Positions 33,853 to 46,500 of a stretch of 64,000 nucleotides of DNA are shown here, one piece after another (position 1 is the stretch's first letter; every line of letters begins with the position of its first letter). The notes under the pieces were generated by a model that worked only from the letters and a program-made list of their open reading frames with translations, was not told the origin of the DNA and ran no database searches. The stretch comes from Trichoplax adhaerens (lineage: Eukaryota; Animalia; Placozoa), in contig NW_002060954.1 in NCBI RefSeq assembly GCF_000150275.1, positions 1,612,001 to 1,676,000 on the forward strand, in the 5' to 3' direction. Position numbers and translations under genes: made by a program.

Positions 33853-34052
33853 AGTGTGAGCCAGTTCTCTTTAATGTGCGATTAGGCAAAATAAATTGTA
33901 GTAAAGCTGCAAAATTTGCCTCAAATTTTATATTAGCTTACAGCACTCTTACTCTAATTCCAACTGGTTCACACTGATGTGAGCCAGTTGTATTTAGAGC
34001 GCTATTAGGCAAAATTAATTGTAGTAAAGCTGCAAAATTTGCCTAAAATTCT
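33853..34052. repeat. MITE-like inverted-repeat element plus a truncated tandem copy
   Basis: AGTGTGAGCCAGTT (33853) ... AACTGGTTCACACT (33975) form terminal inverted repeats. A second unit starts at 33978 (123-bp period). Both units contain an AGGCAAA...TTTGCCT hairpin. Confidence 0.6.
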
Positions 34053-35849
34053 ATACATATACTGTAGATGAAGGAACGATCTATCCGCTCTGTAGATGCT
34101 CCTGTCCTGCCAAGATACTGTACTGTACGTACAGTGCACAGTACTGTACCGTACTGTACAATACACTATTAATAACTATTGACCATTGCATTAATTGGTT
34201 ATTGCTTGTTAAGTTGTTAGTTAGTTTTAACTACGTAATACAGTACACTGACGATATTATATCTAGGGCGTTGAAGACATTTAGCAGTTATAAGGATCCA
34301 TCGAAAAGTAAAAATTACTCAGTATTGTCAACAGCGGTTTTATTGCTGTACAGTGTTATTAGCGGTGATTGCAAAATACTGGAGGGGCGCGCAATGAGTC
34401 GTAAGTTTCTAACAAATTAGTATTAATATTTTCATCGACGTACTTATTACAGTACTTGGCCATTTCACTCCTAGTTAAGGCGTTACACTAAATTAATTGG
34501 CATCCGTGTTAAAAAAAATTTGAACTGTGATCCAATCTAGTGATTCTTCCGTGTGGATAGATAGCAATACGCCGTCATGGTGGACTGGCCTACGGCAACT
34601 GTTGTAACTTGTTAATGCACTTTTTTCTTAATTTTTGACACTCACGGATTTTGGAAAGAAACATGTAAATGATTATAATTATTGTTGCTGGTCTCAGGCT
34701 TGAGCTTTCACTAATTAATTATCGAAGTGATATTTTGCTACAGAAACGTCAATTATGATACACTATTTTTTACTCGATTGTGATGCGTACACATGGACAG
34801 AAACATGCTCATGGGTCGTTTCCCTATATAATAGCTTGTAATAACTGGAATAGCCGTAATAATATAATGAACATGCAACATCTTAGAAGAGACCAAATAA
34901 ACCGTGTTCCCCCATGTCTATGCACAAATTGGATACAACTGTAAAACAGTGGAAAGAAAGTCATCCTTTCTTGTTTTATGATACTGTTCCAGTCAATGAG
35001 ATCGCATTGCACTAAGCAATGTAGCACATTCAAGAATTCGAACTTTTATCAATACTGTACAGTACTGTACTGTAAAGGAGAATTAGTACGTATATTGATG
35101 GGGCAGTAAATTGATACACTGTAAATCACTTAGTTGGCAGAATTTGTCGTTATGGATAAATTGTCTTACACTTTTTTTCCTTTCGTACTATACTACAGTA
35201 TACTGTGTAACATCACGATTGATACAGAATTTGCCTAAATAAGTGTACTTATGCCAAAGCTATGTTTGTCCGACATGAATTATATGTTGTGGCGTATCTC
35301 AGCCCATACGTTGTTGAGAGTTGCTCCTTTTTATCATGTTTACAGTCCAGTATTAAACAACGGCGTCGGACAATACGGTACATGATCTTGTGACCTGTCT
35401 TACAAGTTAAAAGTAATTACTGATATGAATCCAAACTGGACAAACGCTATCGTCCCGTTTTTAAAACTTTTTTTCAGTAACTCTTGTCAATTTTCGATTA
35501 TAATTGTTTATAAATATTAAATTATGTTACTTGATTGGGTTGGGAGCTTTAACTTTTGTCAGACTGTACTGTACGTAGGATATGATGTACAGTAGTACTG
35601 TCCATATACAATACTGTACAGTATGTGCACTGTAGAGTACTAGATAGAAAAGAAAAATTCTGGGATACTTCTAGACAGTAGTGCTGATGTAATGTAATTC
35701 AGTGTCGAAAAGTAGTACATTAGTAGTAAATTGGACTCGCGATGAAGAAGTAAAATGTGGGAGGGACAAAAAGTTACGAATTACTGCAAATTGATATGGC
35801 GATTAAATGTTCATCTTGACTTATTCCCCTTGATTACTTAATTATTTAG

Positions 35850-38800
35850 GAGGCGGTGATAGGCATCGCGACACAGAAATGGTGACAACCTGTGCCATTT
35901 GCGGCGATCGAGCAACCGGTAAACACTATGGCGCGCCAAGTTGTGATGGTTGTAAGGGATTTTTTAGACGTAGTGTACGTCAAAACCATGTTTATACTTG
36001 CCGTTTTGGTCGAAGTTGTGTCATCGATAAAGACAAGCGCAATCAATGTCGCTATTGTCGTTTAAAAAAGTGCTTTCGAGCCGGGATGAAGAAAGAAGGT
36101 AGGTACTTCATATATTTACAGTATATATACGCTGTACCCACGCATGTCAAACCAAAGAAATACGATTACTCTACATAATGTATTAACATGGAGTCAGCTT
36201 ATTTTTCTTCCCCATGAATTATGGTTGATAGTAAAATAATATCTAGCCTTGAGCTAATGTATGTAAGCCATCGTTGTGAAACAGCATCCAACTAATAATT
36301 ATAATTAAGGAATGAAGTGTTGGGAAGTTTTAAATGTAGACAAATACATACTCTATCCTGGATTCGAATTACAGTAATGAATCGACTTCTGACAGTATGA
36401 TATTGACGATAATGGCATTATAAAAAATCATTTCGCTTTTGTGTACTGTAGTTGTAGTTCAATATAGTATCCACCGTATTTGCTATTAAAATTGACTGTT
36501 TTTATGTACGAATTGTTGTCACCATCTCCTGCTATAGTGTGTACTGTAATGCGGTGTGCAACACATAAAGTTTACACCTATGAAATTATTATCCATTCCA
36601 TTCTCAGCAACTAGAATACATACAAATACTTTTTTTACACCACTGTTGTTGGCATGTTGTATATATCTATAATTATTACGATATTTACATTTTGAGAATC
36701 AGCAAACTTTTAGATACTATTAACAAAATTTATGAAGCTATTAAAATTAAACTAATGCTAATTATCGATATATTTTAATTTACATACAAACTTTTTATTA
36801 CCGTGTTATTTTTGTTTATTCTAGTCCAGTACAATCGTTCGCAATCGTCTTTTTGTAGCATATTACTATACAACTTTTACAATACTGGTTACCGCATTAA
36901 AACACATTAATAATAACAACTATTAAAATGGCATTGTGCTTCACTCTGAGAAAGAAATGAAAATTTTTATTGGAGTTGAGGTGGACAGTATAACACAAAG
37001 AAGTATGTATAATATATAAAACCTATACTGTATAGTGTATACTACAGATTACTGAGCGCACGAAAGTGGGAGACACGGCTAGCTTAGATGAAATAATTTT
37101 ATCCCTGAAGAACGCAATCTATGTAGTACGGTAATTTACTCGTATTTTGGAGGTAGTTCATTATAGTACGTCTAGGTAATGTACAAATAGATAATTAATA
37201 CACACGAATATGCTTAACAAAAATCTTTCGGAGATTTGTTGCTAAGTTCCTTTTTTTGTCATAGAAAGTTTAAAATACGATTGCTTTGACAATCCAATAT
37301 CTTTTGTTTAAATGACTAATTCAAAACTCAATACTCAATGGTTTAAAGTAATACAATATTGTAACTATTTCGGCCTGGTTGTCAAGTTGAATCTTTGCTT
37401 GCAAATGTAGCTTTTTATTGGTAGATAAATATTAAACTTTAAATGAATCCTTTTTTACGGTATGCGGATTCATCTTTGACCTTTGGATTTAATGTCAGTT
37501 TGAAGTTCATCGCGGTATTTCTGCTACATTAAATAAGAAAATATTAGCAAAAATAGTCGAAAGTCCAAATTTAAAAATTATACTCTAGTGACTTAATGAT
37601 TGGTAATCAGTTCAAAATCTTCGGATAACATAAATATATTCTTGTTATTGTTTCTTTTAGCGACAGTAATGCTGTCTTTATATTCATAATTTCGTTTCTC
37701 AGCAACAAAATAAATGACGTGAAGTATTATACAGTAGTTACACAGTTATAGCTATGACAACGATTCAGTCATTTCAGGGTTGTTCAGATTCAAAACATCG
37801 GTTCTGTACTGATTTATTATAGACGACTATTGTGATCGATAATATACCTTTTATTATTATTATTATTCGTAGAATATACGTAATATTAATGATTTGTCGA
37901 CTGATGATCGATTTTGTACGTCAAGAATGCGCGCATCTTTATGTTACAATTTAATGAAACATTTTCTTATGCGCTTTTGCGGTTGTCAAATTCTTAATGT
38001 AACAACATTCTAATATTACTTTCATACAAGTACAATGGATAATACAGCACAGTGTTACCATGATTGATCTAATTTAATTTCATTATGCTCTCTATAGCGA
38101 TTATTATAACTATCTTTTTTTCATTTTTATGTAATCTCTTTTCATTAGTTAAGGCAGACTTATTACAGAGTGAGTTAATAGCTAAAGCTGGATGATAGCA
38201 TTAGTTTTCTTGAAGTGGAAAAGATATAGTTTAGTATAGTAATATAGTTGCATTACGTTGTGTAGGATTGTTAGTGCACAATATTGATTCGATTCTGTAA
38301 TCAGGATAAGAAAAGAGATGCTAACTTTATTTCAATAAGAATTCAGCTACTTTTTCACATAGCTTTCTTTATCGTATCCACTGATCGTAGCCTATTTATT
38401 TATCAATGATTTGTGATTGGAATTTTAAAGGGCTTTGATAGATACACCCTTACGGAAAATTGCAAATCCGCCATGAACTAGAATTGACTTATACGCTTAC
38501 AATATGTAACATACTTACTTTTATACAGTGTAATACTTTGCATTTCCGTCATCAACTAAGTCTGCATATCCCCGTATCATATTGCAAATAGTAAAATTCG
38601 TCTACTTCCTACTTTCAAGCAATATTTTATTATCTATTACTACCTTTTGCCCACACTGACTGTAATATAGTAATATGCGAGTGTTTGCTATATAACGATG
38701 TACTGTATAATATGAATATATCAATTTTAGATCTCATGTATCTTCTTACATAATACAGTAAATCTTTAACATGACGTACTGCAGTATGTTAGATACTATC

Positions 38801-39767
38801 TGCGATGTCTATAGACATTACAATTATTTATAATGATTTATTCTCCTGAAACTATTTAGCCGTTCAGAGCGAAAGAGATCGGATATCGAGAAGACCGTCA
38901 GAAGATCAATCCGGTGGTAGTGAGCTTACGTGCAGCACGTTATTAGCAGCCGAATTATTGTCACAACCTCAATCGTCTCCGCCACGTGAATGCTCACTGG
39001 ATGTAATACGTATGGCCTCAGTTAATGATATTTGCGAATCGATGAGGCAACAGTTACTGCTTCTGGTCGAATGGGCCAAATATATTCCGAGTTTTTGTGA
39101 ATTACTACTAGATGATCAGGTCACTTTATTACGAGCACATGCATGCGAGCATTTAATGTTGGGTGTTGCTAGACGATCAATGAGATTAAAAAATATTCTC
39201 TTACTTGGGAATGATTTGATTTTACCTCGACATCTTCCGGAGGAGCCAGAAATTGCTCGTATCGCTTGTCGTATAATGGACGAATTGTGTTTGCCCATGT
39301 TAACGCATAATATTGATGATACTGAGTACGCATGTCTGAAAGCTATTGTATTTTTTAATCCTGATGCCAAAGGATTGAATGAGCCTATGAAGATAAAGCG
39401 ATTGCGCTTTCAAATTCAATTAGCACTAGAAGATTACATCAATGATCGCCAATATGATTCTCGTGGACGATTTGGTGAGATGCTTTTACTCCTACCAAAT
39501 TTACATTCAATTGCAATGCAGTCTGTCGAACATCTACAATTTGCGCGCTTATTTGGTACTGCTAAAGTTGATAGTCTACTGCAAGAAATGTTGCTTGGAG
39601 GTGCAGATAATTCGTCAGCAAGTGGTATGATACAGGAAGATCCACTACGAAATTCTGCTAGCTCAACGGTATTGCCTATTCTTAAATCGGAATCTGTCAA
39701 TGTCAGTAATGGTCACGGGCATGTATGTTCGACGGTTCCACTATCTACAGGTGTAGATCATAGATAA
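35850..39767 (+). CDS. HNF4: Nuclear receptor HNF4 (NR2A); DBD exon 35850-36098, LBD exon 38860-39767; upstream coding exon and true start uncertain
   Basis: Zinc fingers [30 protein letters not shown]...[24 protein letters not shown]|[82 protein letters not shown]; AF-2 [11 protein letters not shown]. Confidence 0.97.
37470..37489 (-). promoter_or_regulatory. Candidate HNF4-type DR1 response element in the HNF4 intron
   Basis: Minus strand AATCCA-A-AGGTCA-A-AGATGA, containing the CAAAGGTCA core. Confidence 0.4.
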
Positions 39768-42700
39768 TGTTACTGTAGCACAGGAAAAACAAGCCCCATA
39801 ATGTAACCATTCTGTCTCGTATTTACAATTCTTGGCTCCTAGATCGTACAGATGTCGTACAAGTAGGCACAAAATGAAATATTAAATCAATTTTGACTAG
39901 ATATTGGATTGAAATAATTGATAATTGCGATATCCATTTTATTTATAATATTGTCATTAATCTTGCTTACTGGTATTTTTAAGACTACAAACAGATCTAA
40001 ATCCCGCAATTGTATCCCTTTATCGTAGCCCAGTACATTGTTAAGATAGCCAAATATTGTACTTTGCAGATAGATTTTGTTTTAATTTTCTTTATTACTT
40101 AAAAGATTATAAATCCATAGATAAATGCATCGATATTAATACCTTCATTCGCAAGCACATAAATTTCATTTATTATAAAATCATTATAGCTACTTCACAA
40201 TTTTACTCCTCCAAATGTTACGGCCGAGTATATTAATATTGATTATGCACTATGCTGCAACTATATCGAAGAAAACCTTTCAGCTCTGCAACAGTCTATA
40301 TCAGCATATATGCTGCAGGTTTCTATTTTAAAGCAAAGTATATTTTTTTCCTTAATTTTCTGTTAAAGATAATTCAAATTAACTTCGGGGTTGCATCTCT
40401 TGTAGCCTTTTTAATAAGGTTCTGCTCTTACAGCTGGATGGCTTATATGTTCTAAATATATGATTACTGTAATAATAATCTGTTTTAACTACCAATATCT
40501 TAGATTGTTACAGCTTCGAAAGCATTGTAAAATGTTATTTTGAAGTTCGTATTCACCTAGGAATTATGTATCATAATTACTTGATGAACAGGCATGGAAA
40601 ATGAATTTCATCGGGATGAGACATTGTATTTATTTTGTTCATGATGGCCTCTTAATCTAAATCTCTTTCCCTTTGTTTTACATGAATTGCTTTGTATTTG
40701 ATGCCATTCTAAAATTCGGAATCGTTGGGCTTTTAAGATCAATTCTTTCTTTTTAATCGTTGTAAATCTGAACTAGCTCTCTAATTGAATCCACACTTGT
40801 AATATAATATCCTATAGTAATTAATTATATAATTCTACGCATATGATCCTTGGTTACTATCGCACATCCCTAATGTACTACAGTTAATTCAAAAAGAAAA
40901 TTCCTAAATTGGCGGTAATTACTACAGTATTATTAAATTGTTTCTCAGTAATTGCGGCATTATGTTACGTTGCTAATCTGCTTTATAATACCTCCACGTT
41001 ATAATGTAGTCGTGCCATGAATAAAACTGATACGAGTAACTTCACCTGAGACATAGAGCACTCGTATATGTAACATGGCAACCCGTCTTAGTATCAGTAA
41101 TTTTCATAATAAAGATTATAAGAAAATTATTATTATAACCTATTTATTGACTCCGCATCTATCTCTTATGCATGTGATTATATGTTAGGATATAAAAATA
41201 ATCTGACCCATCGGACTTTCGTAAGCTTCGCATCATACATCGTGGTTAGTGGTCAGCTAACGTGTTGCTACTTGGGAATGATGTGCACGTTTGCCTATCA
41301 CACGCGCATATAGCAAGTAGAGTATAGTACTAAATTGTTTTGCATGAGCCACCGTACGTGTTTCGCTTAAGACGGTAATACTATTGTTTCGCTTTTTGCT
41401 TTAGCGTACAGTATGTTAGTATGGACCGATGGATTATCACTCTTGAAATTAGTACCATAAGAAGTCATTTTGGGATATTTATGGTCTAATTTGTTAAGAG
41501 AAGTCCGTCTGTCTGATGCGACGACCAAGCCTTCTTCATGTCGTCCATCCACATTAGGCCCTCCGTAAAAATGGACCACTACTTCATGGGCGTACACTAC
41601 AGTGCTACATACTGGTTGAAAACTGTTCAGCCATAGTGTAGTCTTTAAACTTTTAAGGTATTTACTTTGAATTTGGCTAAAGTTTCACAAATACAGATCA
41701 GTACAACCTTGAGCAAGTGGCACTTGATGTTTTTTTAATTTTTTTTTACTGCATTATTGAGTTATTTTATTTCTTTGAAATTTCTAATATAAACCGTCAG
41801 TCATTGGTACGTGTTAACCGAACCTTTCTCAGGTCTACCCCTTGTCCACATTACTTTACAGTAGTACTAGTACTGTAGTATGAGACACTTTCGATGAGAT
41901 GCGCTGAGAAAAGGAGACAGTAGTAGTACATGTACAGTACAGTGGTGTATTCAATTTTTAATGCTAAAGTACTGTACACTGGTGTACAGTACTGTACGTC
42001 CAGTAGAATCATATTTCGCTTTTAACATGGTTTGGAACTACTCAATAAACGATTAATTAATTAATTTATTTTATTATTATTTTATTTTATTTACTTAGGC
42101 TATAACATGCATACTGTATACTACAGTATACAGTAGATAACAGTGCATAGAGGTAAAAGTTACCTCTATGAAGTTGACCAGTACTTCATAGGTAGAGCGA
42201 GCTTTCAACAGCTCTAGTTGGAATTTCAACATTGAGTGATGAGGATTTTTTCCAACCATGAAAGAATAGGCGGGGCTTGTTTAAGAGTTCTCCAGTAGGA
42301 GGAGCCATCGTTACAGTCAGCAAATCTGTAAAAATTATTATTTTATTTTTATTTTTTTTCAATGTCTGTACTGAGTCTGTGTATTCGTTAAAGACTAGAA
42401 AACTCGGCACAGTACAGTACTGTGCTGTAGCGAACTAGACTGAACGGTGGTAAAAGAGTGGTAAAACCAGTGAAAGGGCTTTGGCCATTGCCTACAGCAT
42501 ACAGGCCCTGCATGCAGATTGTACAGTATCAGCAACAGTATGTTGACAGGGCAGTAGTATACACCGACGGGATAACAGTAATTCTACGTACAGTACAGTA
42601 ATTTAACCCTTTCAGTGTACATTAACACTGTATTGGGTTAGAAGTGAGTTATGGACTGACTACTCGATGCACACCATGGTAAAATTACTACCTTAGTCAG

Positions 42701-42983
42701 AAACAGCACTGTACTCTACTAGTTTAATTTCATTGGTACAGCATGGCGTGTGCTAGTTTGAATAATACTACAGCGAGTACAGTGAATACAGTCCATACAG
42801 TAGCATATCAAGTGAGTGCCTGACCGGCTGACTCTCTGTTGGAGCTTAGTAAAATGAAGCAAGAATTTCTTTTTAGCCATACGGAGTATGTCTAAGATAT
42901 TTTAGCCGATAAATTTTAGCAAGAAAAATCAATGATTCCCTTTATCTTACAGTAAGAGTCATGATAATAAACTAGGCGTACAC

Positions 42984-43198
42984 TACAGTACAGTACAGCA
43001 CCAGCAGACCGAAGTAAGAAAAACCAGTGGTATACTGTACACTGTACAGTACAGTAGTACTGTACCAGTCCTGAGAACCGAACCTTTCTCAGGCCTACAG
43101 TATACAGTACTGTACTGTACAGTACTTATCTTTGCAAAGTTTACTGTACAGTACAGTATTGTAGTGTACAGTGTACAGTACAGTTCTTTGTACTGTAC
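42984..43198. repeat. ACAGT/ACTGT pentamer tract upstream of DCAF11
   Basis: Dense TACAG/CTGTA units in both orientations, joined by TGTACA/AGTACT palindromes. Similar tracts near 7670-7720, 27290-27390, 33815-33850, 34116-34161, 35053-35073 and 41860-42000. Confidence 0.85.
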
Positions 43199-43566
43199 TC
43201 CAGAAAAAGTCATCATAACGAACTACTGTAGGCGTTTACTGCACCAGCAGGCTGACTCTAGCATCCACCGGCTCGGCTCGGCTACACTCGCGTATTTTGA
43301 TCAAGCAATCCTCCCACCCATTTCGATTCTTGCTTTGCCAGGTGGATAAGATAAAATCAATTTTTCATTGGTAATAGTATAAATTTGTCAAGCCTATGCA
43401 TTTCTATTGACCATTATTTTATCTTTATTGCATATTTTTGTATAGCTTTACAAACTGGAGAGACTGTGCAAGGGTAGCCTATTACACAGATTGTAAACAT
43501 ACTATACGCATTTGCAATATCTCGCATATATACAGTATATAAACAACGGCAGCCATCTCTCTTTAA

Positions 43567-46500
43567 ATGGGTAACCAGCAATCGGATAGTGGTGATGGTG
43601 GTGACGAATTGCAAAGTGAAGATTATAGTCGCTTGATTTTGAGTCTAATTCGAAGGTTTGATGATCATAGAGCTAGCACTAATCAGGAAATAGTTTACTC
43701 CGCTACTTCATATTTAAATATTGATCAGTCCATAACTTTGAATACTGATCGCAACTTCTTCTTCCATAAAATGCTCATCTGTTCCTATTTCCATTTTTAT
43801 TCTTGGATAAAAAGCGGACAAGTTCAACTCGTACGTTCAGGCGATGGTATTAATTTCGATTATATAGATGAAGCGGAGAGTGACGAAGAAGAAGGAAAAG
43901 GTAAGAGAGTAATTTCATTTCATTCATGGTTGATGAAGATTACATCTCTGTTCTTTTTGCCACCGTGCTTACACCAATCTTAGTTCAGTGACACACTGTA
44001 CTCGTGGACGTCGCATTATATCATTCGTTAATTAATGTGCTGATACTTAGATGCAATTATGCTAGCGCTGGTTATCCGATTAATATATATGGAGTATATT
44101 ACTGTACCTTATAGTACTGTATGGTAGCATTTATGAGGTATCATACTAAAACAATATATTGTATACTGCCTGGACAAAAATACCCTCGCAGCAGTAACTT
44201 TACAAAACCAACGAGTTTAAATTAATCATAAGTAATAGTTGAAAACTTACGATGCTGTAAATATCGAGTTTACCCTGGTAGCAATACGTGTATACGCAAC
44301 CATGATGAATATGATGATGAATTAATTAATGTAATTACTACGATTTACTACAGAGTTCAATGAAGTAAGCTCTTTTAAGATAAAGCAGGTGCTGCTGCAT
44401 ACGTATACAGTATTTTTACTATTCTGTACCCTAGAGATCTTGTATTGCCATCAGTTTGTGCTTGATAGAGTCATAAAATTACTCGGTTAAGTACGTTAAC
44501 CTAAAATGAGGAAAGAGGTATTTGACATTGCCCACGCATTATAATACTACTGTGATTGTAATATTCTTAGGTCGATTCTGAATTCACAAAATTGAAAAAG
44601 TTATGCTTAGAAAATTCTAAGATTGACTTTTTATAACGTTGTGCATTCAGAGCCGGCTTACTGTAGCGCCATATTCTGTATTACGAGTACTGTTGTTATA
44701 ATGCATTACATATTACTCATTGAAAAAATGAAGTTTATATTTAGTGCTCTAAGAAACAAATCTGATACATTAGTTGTATGCATCTATTCTATGCTTAAAG
44801 TATGAAATAAAGTTGTAATGGAAAGACTTTACTTGATTCGTGAATGTCTCCTAAAAAATATCCTGATTTCATGTTGATGTACGCAATATATTAGAGCAAC
44901 ACTATCTTGCTATATACTGTACAGTACATTAATTTCATGATAAACTCTGGTTGATTGACGCCTGGTAAAAGCATGCATTTAAGATCCATTATGAGCATTC
45001 TAATATTGATATTTTATTATGATACTTATAATAGAAGAAATGAATAATACCGAAGTAGGAAATAAAAAAATGGATGTATGCTCATTAAAATTACCTAATT
45101 CTAGAATATTGCATTATTGAACAAGTGGGATGGCCTGACTAATGTTTCTTATCGAATATCTGTATTTGTTAAAAATTAAATTCATTAGATTAATGATTTG
45201 GAACAACATGTCAAATTGGCTAGCGGACAAATTTTACCGCTGCCTAATAGCATATCACCGATTATACAACAGGTAAATTGGCTCGAGAATTTGGCTTTGG
45301 TTTCCTAACCTTATCAACAAATACTTTGAACACATTTCTAATACTTTTAGTCCTGAATGTACTACAGAATGTCAATTGTTTTTATAATTTTGTTTCTAAC
45401 TTGAATAATACTTCACATAGAGACAACAAGGTCTTCGAACGACTCAGGGCTTTAAAGCCCGTGTATTATCTAGGTAATTAGGATACAGAGCTAATTCCAG
45501 CCTGAGAATTATCAAGGACTCGTAAATTGTTATTTAAGATAAATGTTATTTGTTTTTATTTGTACGTGTGTGATCGAATTTTCCTTATGATACAGAAATT
45601 CCCATTCTAAGTCTTGACAAATTTATTCATACATTTTATTTTATTTTACGTTATTAATGACTATGTACATTTTGTTGTGCTATATTATTAGGTATTTACC
45701 GAATAACCACTCCGTCCTTCAAAGATTTAGGGGTAAAGCCTTCTGTGGCCAATTCTCATCCACCGGAGAGATTTTTATGTCAGCTTGTCAAGGTAATTAA
45801 ACATTACCGGTCCTGCTCAGTCAATCGTATCTAGGTAGCATCCAGAGGTTGCGTCGTACATGCTTGATAGTCACAATTATTTAATAGTAATGCAATCACT
45901 GTAACGACTTTCATAAGGACCAAATGCACTATGCTATTGCAACCCTATTGTGTATGTCCACAACTTTTAATTAAAGTGTATCGATGGTGTACTTTTAGAT
46001 TGTATAATTCGTTTATATGATGTAACTGATGGCAAATTTAGTCTATTTAAATCCATTGGTGCTCGCGATGTTGGATGGAGTATCATTGATACAGACTTTA
46101 GGTAAGCGTGCACTGTAAATTTAAACTTAAAAATTTGAAAAACATTTTTTAAGATATGATTCCTTTATGCTTTGCTTTTCTGTAGCCCTGATCAACGTCA
46201 TGTAATATATTCCAGTTGGTGTGATTGTCGTAAGCTAAATAAGATGTTTTTTTGTTTTATGATTCAATTGTGCAGTATTCTATTTGCGATATGACGTACT
46301 ACTTTCAATATTGTAGTCCATCTTTGCAGCATTAGAAAAGAAAACGACTTGCATTTGGAGCTAGATATGAGGTTACAGCAATACCAATATATTACTTAAC
46401 TCATAACTAGTCCTTTTTAAATTTAACCTTTTAACGCTGTTTGTAAATTATTAATAGACCAACCTTTGGACAGAGTTTCTGTGCCTTTTCGATCAAATTT

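Noticed and set aside
34784-34945. ~53-codon ORF (MRTHGQKHAHG...) as the HNF4 first exon
   Set aside because: Ends in a stop with no convincing phase-1 donor to join 35850; cannot be supported without cDNA.
39116-39700. Antisense and alternate-frame ORFs over the HNF4 LBD (also 35846-36046, 17772-18017, 6878-7213, 5285-5473)
   Set aside because: Shadows of real exons with no independent homology.
42983-43349. ORF-track entries 42983-43216 (-) and 43164-43349 (+)
   Set aside because: They translate the ACAGT/ACTGT repeat (YCTV/STVQ-rich); there is no coding signal.
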